Source of the DNA: Podarcis muralis
Lineage: Eukaryota
Length of the DNA: 64,000 nt
Assembly: GCF_964188315.1 (NCBI RefSeq)
Contig: NC_135656.1
Coordinates: forward strand, 107,012,001 to 107,076,000
Reading direction: 5' to 3'
Under the pieces are notes generated by a model that had not been told where the DNA came from, did no database searches, and worked only from the letters and a program-made list of their open reading frames with translations. The position numbers and the translations under genes were made by a program. This document shows, in pieces, positions 1 through 21,300 of this stretch (position 1 is its first letter; every line of letters starts with the position of its first letter).

Positions 1-119
1 AGTCTATAGTTTTTCTACAGAGATATTGCTTCAGTGGAGTAAAAAAAAAACCACACAATGTGTATCCCAAAGGAAAGCCTCTCTCTCCCCGCACCACAGT
101 TAATTGTTTTATTAATTTT

Positions 120-400
120 TAGTACTTTTTGACCCCACCTTCCTCCAAGGGGCACAAGGTGACAAAACATGCTTCTTTCCTCCCTTCCTCCATTTTAACC
201 TCACAACAGCCCTGCGAGGTAGATGAGGCTGAAAGACTGATGGCTCCAAACAGTGACCAACCAGGTCCCTGCGGGAAGCTCGAAAGCTGGACCTGAACCT
301 TCCAACACGGTTTCCCTGGACGCCCACGAGTTCAAGAGCTGTGCGAGAGGGAGAAAAACCTTTCCCCCGCGCTCTAACCACTATGCCACACTGCCACCAC
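120..400 (-). mobile_element. Degraded tRNA-derived SINE (MIR-like squamate family)
   Basis: Contains cctcacaacagccctgcgaggt and ctctaaccactatgccacactg; related to copies at about 40690-40830 and 61370-61545. Confidence 0.5.
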
Positions 401-534
401 GCTGTTTAAATTAGAAAAGCAAAACCTCTTAAGCAGACCACGCTTCGGACACCCCGGGGTTTCTCCCATGGCTTTTCAGCTGCCCCATCTCCACCCATGT
501 CGCCTGCAGCTCTCTCTCTCCACCCGCCCACCTA

Positions 535-740
535 CCTCGCTCTGCTCCCCTCTTGCTCTCGCCTGCTAAAATGCAGCGTCCGACCCCCGGGAAACATCAG
601 CCAACCTGCAAGGGAAAAGCCCAGCTCGGCCCGGCCTAAGGAGAGAGCCCAGCAGCGGCCTAACTCCGCCCCGCACAGCGCTCCCAACGGGAGATCTCTG
701 CCAGCTGCGTCTCCTATAAGGCACCCATCTGGATTATAAG
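535..740 (-). promoter_or_regulatory. Candidate promoter and first exon of a minus-strand gene running out of the window
   Basis: CpG-rich stretch, GC box aactccgccccgcac at about 662-676, minus-strand donor GAG|GTAGGT at 536/535. Confidence 0.35.
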
Positions 741-1520
741 AAACCAACAGAAAAAGGGAGCGGGGCCTTTAAAAAACTGGAAATAAGGAAATGAGTTGGG
801 TTCGCTGCCACTAGGCAGCTCCCAGAGGTTGTCTCTTCCAACTACCACCAGGTGGTTTCCTTAAGGGATAAGAAAGCAAACAGCTGTTTTCTGATTATTA
901 TTATTTTTAAATCGGTGTTGCTTGCAGCAATTTTATGCCGATTGCTTTGCAAGGCTCTCCTGAAATAATTTAAAGAAATAAATGTGTGTAAGAGGCGTGG
1001 GGGGGGGGATGTTCGGGTGCATTTTACCCCACCCTGGATAGACAATGCTGGCAAATACTTTTCCTGCCTGCCTGGAAACAGTTAAAGGCGCAGGAGCTTG
1101 GGAAGGGTGCGGAAGGAACTGTAGTGCCCTGGGGGCTCTGGGTATTTAGCAAAAAAAGAAAAAGACCATGCCAGAGTCCAGAAGGGGGAGCTTCACAATT
1201 GCAGCGGGTCTGGTTTCCCGCAGGTCCTAGTGCGACACTAACCACTATACCACACTGCTTCTCAATCTTCTTCTCAAGGAAATGAAGAAATCCTCTTGAT
1301 TTTGTTAAAGCAAAACTACCACTGCATTTCGGATTTGCACCGCAATCCCAAAACACGGTTGCAGAGAGAAGACTCGCACGAACCGGATGCTTTAGAAACA
1401 GCTTGCAGGTTTGTTCTCTGCAGAAACGTGCACACCCATTCAACATGCTGGCTCCAGAACGCATCTAGAAACCCTTTTCAAGGTTAGCACACGTGCTTGT
1501 TTCTAAAAGTTAATTATTTG

Positions 1521-1553
<33 letters not shown>

Positions 1554-1699
1554 GGGTTATGGCGATTATAAAATTGTAAAACTCAGTAAAACTTAAAAAA
1601 AATAAAAGTGTTTACCATCACGAAAGAATGGCCAGGCTGCCCAGGTAACGCAATCAGTGACCATTATTAGGTATCCTGGGAGACAGGATTTCTGCTGTA

Positions 1700-1962
1700 G
1701 ATGGCCTCCTTCTGTAATGTATATATGATGTTTTGGGGGGGGGGTGGTCTTGGACTACAGGGTGGCAATTTCAAAAGTTATTGTTCAGTGTTTTCCCTGT
1801 TGGGCGGGACCTTGTTGCAACAGTTCCTTGAATAAAGATCAGGTTTACTAGCCGCTTTGCTTCTCAAAATACTCTGTTATTTTTCTCCTGCCAATAGGAA
1901 ACCCTCTATATGGGCTCCTGAAATACCCCAGAAAGGAAAGAGGAGCAGTTTTTCTTATAACA
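1700..1962 (+). mobile_element. Degraded solo-LTR-like element
   Basis: Shares aataaagatcagg..tactagc.gctttgcttctcaa and the terminal ..aca with 3528-3921; left boundary uncertain. Confidence 0.4.
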
Positions 1963-2301
1963 ATAGTAGCAAACACAAAGTTTGAAAGGCCTGGGAATGT
2001 GTTTGCCTTAAAGATGTATAACGAAGCTGCTAAGCAACCCTTCACCACCACCACCACCACAATGAGGGCTGGATATTTAAAACGGAGAAAGTGTTTGGGC
2101 TGCAGCTTGCAAGAGAGGAGTATTGAATGAAACCTGGCCAGCAGCTGTGACCCAATAAAGCGATTTCATACTTTTGAGTTAATTAGTAATCTGCTAACTA
2201 GGGTCAAAAGTAGCAAGAGGCTATCCACCATTTCCCGCGTCAGTGCCTCAACATAGAAGTACTGCACTCCTTCCTCTTCTCCCAGGCTTTCTGCCTGGGA
2301 A

Positions 2302-2341
2302 GAAACGAAACGCCCGATTGCAGGAACACGAAAGCGAAACT
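2302..2341 (+). promoter_or_regulatory. IRF-binding elements (ISRE/IRF-E) upstream of TRIM-A
   Basis: GAAACGAAAC at 2302-2311 and GAAAGCGAAACT at 2330-2341, 60-100 nt before the ATG; matches the GAAANNGAAA consensus. Confidence 0.7.
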
Positions 2342-2403
2342 GAGCTTGCCTATTCTCCTCCAGCTCTCGGAAAACAGCTGCTGCTGCTGCTGCTTGGGCG
2401 ATC

Positions 2404-13450
<11,047 letters not shown>

Positions 13451-14066
13451 AACACATGGTCCTTGGCCTGTACTTTGCTTTGCTTTGCCTTGCCTGGGTG
13501 CTCAGACGAATCCAGGTGTTAGTTCCAAAGATCAGCGGATATCATTTCTGTGCACATTGTCTTTGGAAGTCTGTTTCCATCCCAGGCTGCTGTCCCACAT
13601 TCCCCTTCAACAAAGGACCAAGGTGTTTTGGTTTGACTGTGCAGATGATAGCTTTATAATCCAGTACAGAAAAGAAGCACTATAATATTGCAAATAATTT
13701 TACTTTAATTTTGCACCCTCTCGGTGGTGCCAGTGGGGGATTTCCTCCCAGTGCAAATAGCAGCTTCAGAGGGATTATCCTCGGGACCAAAACAAAGGTG
13801 GAAAGGGTTAAATCCTCCACCGCATTTTGTGATTCTCATAATCATCAGCTTCTTCCCTCACTCAGCATTTTGCAGTTTTAAAAACTTGCATGCTAAATGC
13901 AAGGCCATATTTTCTCTGGTTTTGATTCTTAGTTTATATTAACCACACTATTTATTAGCATGTAACTCCTCAGGTTTTTCTCTTTAGCTTTTTATGTTTA
14001 ATAAACCTGCGATTTGATATCTCCATTGTCACCATTGCAGTCTTTCACTGATTTCATTAATTCGTC

Positions 14067-14072
14067 AATAAA
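14067..14072 (+). terminator. Candidate poly(A) signal of TRIM-A
   Basis: AATAAA conserved in homologous context in TRIM-B (27237-27242); a second AATAAA at 14000-14005. Confidence 0.55.
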
Positions 14073-15054
14073 ATTATAAAAAAATCCTTTTAACCTTTGT
14101 TTTGACTCAACTAACTTTTTATGCTGCAGTTCTGTTATGATACCTTTAGTTTATTAAATTGCTTTTCTTAGAAGATTAAAGGCATCCTAAAAACTTTTAA
14201 AAAGTACCATACTTGAACAAAAATGATACAGATAATGTTCATAGCATAAGAATTATTTTTTAAAAAAACCACCATCCCAGAAAAATAACAAAAGTAGGCT
14301 AACCAGTTAACCAGGCCTATGTTTAAAACCATCCCATCCTAACCCTTTTCCTTTTTTAAAAAAGAACCATACTGTACTGAACATTCATATTAATAGCGTA
14401 AGAATTAACTAAGAAACCCACCATCCCAGAAAAATAACAAAACCAGGCTAGCCAATTAACCAGGCCTGTCATCACCTCACATCCCATGAAATGCCTGCAA
14501 CTATAGGAACATCTTAGCATTGTGCCAGAAAAATGACAATGTTAGTGCCAATATTTTGTTTTAAGATACATGTTTTCAAGATGGAGTATTGTATTTTGTG
14601 TGAGGCCCCAATCTCCTGTCCCTCACTCCCCCCCCTTTTAATTTTTTTTAAAATTAGTTTTAACATTGGGCAGTTGAGCATGCTGCTAAGTGCAAGCCCA
14701 GTTAGACCCCTGCTGGAAATGGAGGGGTGGTGGGATACTGCTAGTGGAATACCATATATTTTTCTGGTTGGCTGCTGAAAAATCCTGTCACTATTTTTTA
14801 TTGTTTTGATTGAATATTTAATGTATTTTATTACATTACACACCATCCTAATCTGCACGAACAGAACATTCCAGGAGCTTTAGCTGTGCTTATCTGAGCG
14901 AGGACAAAATTTGGTAACACCCCCCTAAATATTTATTTTCACAATAATTCCTTCTTTGTGTATTACTTTTTGCACCCCCTCAGCTTGGCACCCTGTGCAG
15001 GGGACATCCCACCCCCGCCTAAATCTTGCGCTGGTCTGTGTACCCTTTTGGGAA

Positions 15055-15299
15055 GAAGAAGAGGAGTTTGGATTTGATATCCCACTTTATCACTACCCGA
15101 AGGAGTCTCAAAGCGGCTAATGTTCTCCTTTCCCTTCCTCCCCCACAACAAACACTCTGTGAGGTGAGTGGGGCTGAGAGACTTCAGAGAAGTGTGACTG
15201 GCCCAAGGTCACCCAGCAGCTGCAGGTGGAGGAGCGGGGAAGCGAACCCATTTCACCAGATTACGAGTCTACCGCTCTTAACCACTACACCACACTGGG
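15055..15299 (-). mobile_element. tRNA-derived SINE
   Basis: Reverse-complement homolog of 10346-10566 with intact head (ctcttaaccactacaccacactgg). Confidence 0.8.
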
Positions 15300-16034
15300 T
15301 ACTAGCAGCAGGGGAGGACTTTGGTAATCTGGCACCTTGAGCAAGGCCAAAATTTGGTGTCCCCTATAGATCACCTCAGTTATTCCTTATCTCAATTTTG
15401 CACCTCCTCAGGAACCACCAAACAGCCCTAAATCTGACACTGACAGTAAAGACTGCTCTCTTTATGACATATGGCATTGTTTACATACAAACTGCACTTA
15501 GATGGAGGGATCACAGAGCTTTTGCTGTTGGGTTCAATCAGAATCTGTTGGGGGATTTTCAGAGCCCCAAAGACCTGCTGGAGTTTCCCTAGGCAACCAA
15601 AACTCTTCCTTTGGGTCCAGTACCAGGTTTCCAAGTTTCCTTTGTAGCAGAATATCATGCAGCGTCTAATAGTGTAGGAGTCCCATGTCTAGCAGGAAGC
15701 GTAGAAATAAACTACAGGAAACAATTCAGTACAGCCAGAAGTCCTTTACTCTCGTTCTTGAGCATAATGGTTACAAATTTTACAATCGTCTATCAGATCC
15801 CTCCAGTTCAAACTGCTCCAGGCCTAGCTCTAAAAGCTGCCAGACCGTCTCTCACACTAAGAGAGCAAAGATCAGACTAAACAACTCTCTTTGTCCAGCC
15901 CAGAAGCTTCAGAGTGACAAGCCCAGCTTCTGGACAGTTCACCCTGTTGTTTCTGGGAATCGACGAGACTCAGTCCCAACATTCATGTCCTATGAGGGTC
16001 TGGCTTCCCCCTTAAAGGAAGCAGTGGATTCATA

Positions 16035-16391
16035 AAGGTAAAGGTACCCCTGCCCGTACGGGCCAGTCTTGACAGATTCTAGGGTTGTGCGCCCATCTCG
16101 CTCTAGAGGCCGGGGGCCAGTGCTGTCCGAAGACACTTCCGGGTCACGTGGCCAGCGTGACATCGCTGCTCTGGCGAGCCAGAGCCGCACACGGAAACGC
16201 CGTTTACCTTCCCGCTAGAAAGCGGTCCCTATTTATCTATTTGCACCCGGGGGTGCTTTCGAACTGCTAGGTTGGCAGGCGCTGGGACCGAGCAACGGGA
16301 GCGCACCCCGCCGCGGGGATTCGAACCACCAACCTTTCGATCGGCAAGCCCTAGGCGCTGAGGCTTTTACCCACAGCGCCACCCGCGTCCC
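16035..16391 (-). mobile_element. Sauria SINE
   Basis: Full length; TSD agtggattcata at 16023-16034 and 16393-16404. Confidence 0.92.
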
Positions 16392-16712
16392 TAGTGGATT
16401 CATAGGACATCAAAAAAAGCCACCCTCTGTCTCTTGGTTCCAGACTGTCATCCCCAGCTCACATGGTGTTCTCTGCAAGGATCAATCAATGTTGAACCTG
16501 GCTTTGTCTATACCCACTAGCCCCTATCAAGGAAGAGGGCCCACTCCCCTTCCCTGGCACTCTTGTCCTCTGATGGTTTCCTTGATGGGCCATCACTGGT
16601 CTTTGTCCCCTGCTAATGGCCCATCCATCCAGCTCTGCAGATGTGGCTTGGCTCATTAGAATAATTAAATCCAGGCGATTTCAGTATGTGGCAAAGTTTA
16701 ATCAAACCTTGT

Positions 16713-17069
16713 TTTGAATTATACTGCTGAAGGAGACTCTTGAGAGTCCCATGGACTGCAAGAAGATCAAACCTCTCCATTCTGAAGGAAATCAGCCCTG
16801 AGTGCTCACTGGAAGGACAGATCCTGAAGCTGAAGTTCCAATACTTTGGCCACCTCATGAGAAGAGAAGACTCCCTGGAAAATACCCTGATGCTGGGAAA
16901 GATGGAGGGCACAAGGAGAAGGGGGCGACAGAGGATGAGATGGTTGGACAGTGTTCTCGGAGCTACCAGCATGAGTTTGACCAAACTGCGGGAGGCAGTG
17001 GAAGACAGGAGGGCCTGGCATGCTCTGGTCCATGGGGTCACGAAGAGGCGGACACGACTAAACAACAAC
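16713..17069 (+). mobile_element. Bov-B (RTE) LINE 3' fragment
   Basis: LRVPWTARRSN..LKFQYFGHLMRR..W; (aac)n tail; TSD aatcaaaccttg. Confidence 0.92.
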
Positions 17070-17453
17070 AAATCAAACCTTGATAATTTAAACTTCCTAA
17101 ATCCAGGAATTATGAGGAGTCTGCTCCCGCGCCCCAATTCAAGAAAGTATATTTCTTTTTTATTGACATGTTTTAATATTGTTCACTACTTCTGGGAGTT
17201 TGGGGGCTAAAAAGCAGTATATAAATAAAACATATCCTAACAAGACCCCAGACACCCACCAGTCCTGCTCCTCTACTCAACTGGGTCCTAAACTGATTAA
17301 GAAAGAGGAAGCAGAGAGCAGGGAATAGGCAAACTCTGGTACCACTTCTTAAAATTTGGACTAGGGTGGGTTCCCATCCCCATGTGGCGGAGTGTTGCCA
17401 CGGCTGCTCAGCCTAACCTACCCAACAGGGGGGTTGTGAGGGTTAAGGGGGGA

Positions 17454-17512
17454 ATCTTCTCTGCCTTTTGGCGAAGATCAAACGTACCTGTTTAATATGA
17501 GTTTAATATCTG
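17454..17512 (+). pseudogene. RNU2: U2 snRNA 5' fragment
   Basis: atcttctctgccttttggcgaagatcaa..agtttaatatctg aligns to the first ~60 nt of U2, with the branch-pairing segment damaged. Confidence 0.7.
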
Positions 17513-17526
17513 GCATGGCCTCTGTT

Positions 17527-17813
17527 CAGTGCCGAATTTATGTATAAGCTAAACAAGGTATAGTTTAGGGCCCCACTCTCTTGGGGGCCCCCAAAAAATT
17601 AAAGGAAAAATAACTGGATGTACATTTCCAAAATATAAGATAAAAAACATAAAATAAAACCTGCATCCAGCAACAGTGGCAAATGGCTTTAGATACCTGT
17701 TAGGTCCATAAATTACAGTGACAATTTGTTGTTGACAAAAGACAGCTGGACATATAAAGGGCCCCATTACCTTGAGTAGCTTAGGGCCTCCTCCAACCTA
17801 AATCCGGCCCTGC
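17527..17813. mobile_element. hAT-like non-autonomous element
   Basis: Imperfect inverted ends cagtgccgaattta / taaatccggccctg. Confidence 0.55.
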
Positions 17814-18161
17814 CCCTGTTAAAGAGTAAATACAATCTTTGACCTTTTAAACTTTGGGTTGGCGGGTCATTGCTTACTATGCTATATATATTTTCGTGGT
17901 TTTATATTGTAAAATCTTCGGAGGAAAGGCGGAGCAGAAATTTAATACATGCCGCCCTGCGCTCCTTAAGGGATGCAAATGTAAGAAAGACAAGTGGTGC
18001 AGTCAAAGCGCATTTAAGCACCACCATCAGGCATATCTTCATGGGTGTGAGCCATTTCCTGAAAAGTTTTCTGTCCCCTCGCGGCACTTTCCCCCTTCGC
18101 TTCAGCGCCACGCCCCCTTCAGACCCTTGGCGTCACGCTCGTCTCCGCGTTGCGCTGCGTC

Positions 18162-18177
18162 TTCGCTTTCGCTTTCG
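18162..18177 (-). promoter_or_regulatory. Tandem IRF-E upstream of TRIM-B
   Basis: ttcgctttcgctttcg, which is GAAAGCGAAAGC on the minus strand (18165-18176), in a CpG island about 170 nt before the ATG. Confidence 0.65.
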
Positions 18178-18344
18178 CCCGTCTCCTCCTTTCCGTTCCT
18201 CCTCGGTTTGCAGGGATCCAGGCTGCGGCGGCAGAAGGGATCCTCCGTCTTTGGACCCCAAATTGACCTCTACCGCGGCGAGGCGGGACTCTCTTTCTCC
18301 CGCACTGCCCAGACCGCGCATTTTGCGCGCAAGGAGACGCACCC

Positions 18345-21300
18345 ATGGCCGCCGCCGGGGACCCCTCCAAAACTCTCCAGGACGAAGCGACCTGCTCCAT
18401 CTGCTTGGATTACTTCTGCGACCCGGTGATGATCATCGCTTGCGGGCACAGCTTTTGCCGAGCCTGCATCGCCCAGTGCCCGGAGGGGCCGAGCCGCGAC
18501 CTCTCCTCTTGCCCCCAGTGCAGGATCGCTTTCCCCCGGGGCCACCTCCGGCGCAACAGGCACTTGGCGAATATGGCCGAAGCGATCCAGCGCCTCCGCC
18601 TGCAGAGCCTCTGCCTGGCCGAAGGGGAGCCCAAGAAGGAAGCGCCGAAGTTGTGCGGGAAGCACTACGAAGCCCTCCGGCTTTTCTGCCTAGAGGACCG
18701 CGCCTTCATCTGCTTGGTCTGCAGGGAATCCCGGGCGCACAAAGCGCACGTCGCCCTCCCCATCGACGAGGCTGCCCAGGATGCTAAGGTAAGGGAAATC
18801 GCCCCTCGTTTTGGGAGAATTTGGAGCACGAAGAGGATGGGAAAAGGATGACTCAGGCATAGGCAACCTTGGACCCTCCAGATGTTTCGGGACTACAACT
18901 CCCATCATCCCTGACCACTGCTCCAGTTAGCTAGGGATAATGGGACTTGTAGTCCCAAAACATCTGGAGGGCCGAGGTTGCCTATGCCTGGTCCAGATAA
19001 TGTTGGTCTTCAGGCATAAATATAAGCACCAATTCTGTGAATTGGCCATATTTCTGCTGTTATTTGTAGCACAATACTACTTTTAATACGGTCAGTGACC
19101 AGGAAGCAATTTATAAAAAATATGACATTAAAAGTAGTTTTGTTGTTTAGTTGTGTCCGACTCTTCGTGACCCCATGGACCAGAGCACGCCAGGCACCTC
19201 TGTCCTCCACTACCTCCCGCAGTTTGGTCAAACTCATGCTGGTAGCTTTGAGAACACTATCCAACCATCTCGTCCTCTGTCGCCCCCTTCTCCTTGTGCC
19301 CTCCATCTTTCCCAGCATCAGTGTCTTCTCCAGGGAGTCACCTCATGAGAAGAGAAGACTCCCTGGAAAAGACCCTGATGTTGGGAAAGATGGAGGGCAC
19401 AAGGAGAAGGGGACGGCAGAGGACGAGATGGTTGGACAGTGTTCTCAAAGCTACCAGCATGAGTTTGACCAAACTGCGGGAGGTAGTGGAGGACAGAGGT
19501 GCCTGGCGTGCTCTGGTCCATGGGGTCACGAAGAGTCGGACACAACTAAACAACAAAACTACTTTTAATGTCATATTTTTTATAAATTGCTTCCTGGTCA
19601 CTGACCGTATTAAAGATATTTGATTTGATTTGGTCTTCAGGTGCCACCATCCCCAGGATTTTATTTACAGTTTTACTTGTATACTATGAGAGCTTTTTAG
19701 TGAAAAAGTGGTTTCTAAATCTTTCAATGGTATAAGCGCTGAATGCTTTTTTTTTATTTCCTTTTAGGATCACCTCCAAAGCTGCCTAACAACCTTGAAG
19801 GAGGAGAGAGATGAAATTTTGAAGGGGAAATGGTGCAGTGAGAGAGAAATTCAGGAAATGAAGGTAGGCAGGCTCCCAGTTTGCCATCCACTGAACGCAG
19901 CTGCCTCCTTTTTGTGCTCCCCAGATGTTCTGGACTGCAGCTCCTCTCAGGCCCATTAGAGTAGTTGTTGTTGTTCTTGGGGCCTTCCATGTCAGTTCTG
20001 TTAGTTTCTGTTTCTCACTGTGCAGCTGCTTGCAGTCACAGGACTGTTTACATTCCAGAGAGTCCAGATACTGTTGGAGTCTCACGGGAAAGGGAGACGG
20101 GATGTGACGTTACTACAATCTCATCCTTCTGCTGTGGCGTTGTTTTAATGCTCTGCTGGGCTCAAAGGAAGATGAGCCTTATCAGCTCGGATGACCGGAG
20201 CTGAAATTCCAATAAGTTCAACGCTGTCATGTCACCCACCTTCTTGGATTTTGTTGAAACTTGGTGTACACCCTTCCCTTATGGTTGAAAAAACAACAAC
20301 CCTTAATTTCCCCCTCTATCTCAAACGGTTTTAATTTTATAGCACTTCAAAGTTTCGTGAAATCGGTGTTTGTGTCCCTCTTGAGATCTTCAGCCTTGTG
20401 TGCATTTTATTTTTTTTCTCCATAACCAATGATCAGATCTCTTTGAAATTTTACACAGAGATCAATAACATGATGAGGATTTCAGGGGGGAAATACACCC
20501 ACACTCAAAAGATTTTATAAATGCCTTAAAAAATGTATAAATGTAGCATTTTTGGTGGAAAAACTAGGTTTAGAAAAATTTTCAGCATTAGGGCACGATG
20601 CAATCAAAAGTTTTTGATGGTGAAAATTATTGCAAAGACATGCTTTTTCTCAACAAAGAATAAAATTTATGGGTCTCTTATGTCTTGTAACAAAATTTTA
20701 TGTTTTTTGGACATCGGGGGGGAATCAACTGGGTACAACTTTCCTACAATACATAGCTGTAAAAGAAAAAATTAATGAAACAAAGTTCATCTTAGAATCT
20801 AAAATAATATTGGTTATTACAGGGTTGTTGTTTTTTCAAAAGTGCAGGCTTGTTTTTCAGTTTTGGGGTATTTAAAACTATGAAAATTGGCTTTATCATG
20901 AAATCAATCTAAAAACAACAAATCACAGCTAAATGCAGATAGGTCCATACAACATAAGCTGAAGTGTATTAAGGCACCTACAAAATGCTTTCATAACATT
21001 TAAGATATAGAGATGGATGAAAACAGGATTTCAGAAGTGAATATGGTTACATTATAGATTTCTGGAGCGAAATGCGTAGCTAAAGACCTTTCGAATAAGC
21101 CCGCAGCGCTTCTCCTCTGTTCCCGGGGCTTGCGGTGGGAGGAGGGTTTTTCCTCCCCACCGCCAACATTCAGAACAGCATTCTGAATGTTGGCGGTGGG
21201 AAGGAAAACCCTCCTCCCGCCGCCAGGCTTCGGAGCAGCCTTCCGAAGCCTGGCGGCTGGAGGAGGTCTCTCCGCCCCGCCGCCAGGCTTCGGAGCAGCC

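Noticed and set aside
18465-18490. Loss of E3 activity in TRIM-B because the RING helix lacks Trp (CIAQCP versus CITKYW)
   Set aside because: All eight zinc ligands are intact and this position varies among active TRIM RINGs
17870-18787. 305-aa plus-strand ORF and several antisense ORFs over the TRIM-B CpG island
   Set aside because: Low-complexity Arg/Pro/Ala translations expected from high GC; the RING frame explains the region
20190-20960. AT-rich stretch that may be a DNA-transposon remnant
   Set aside because: No TIR, TSD or coding motif could be identified, so it is left unannotated
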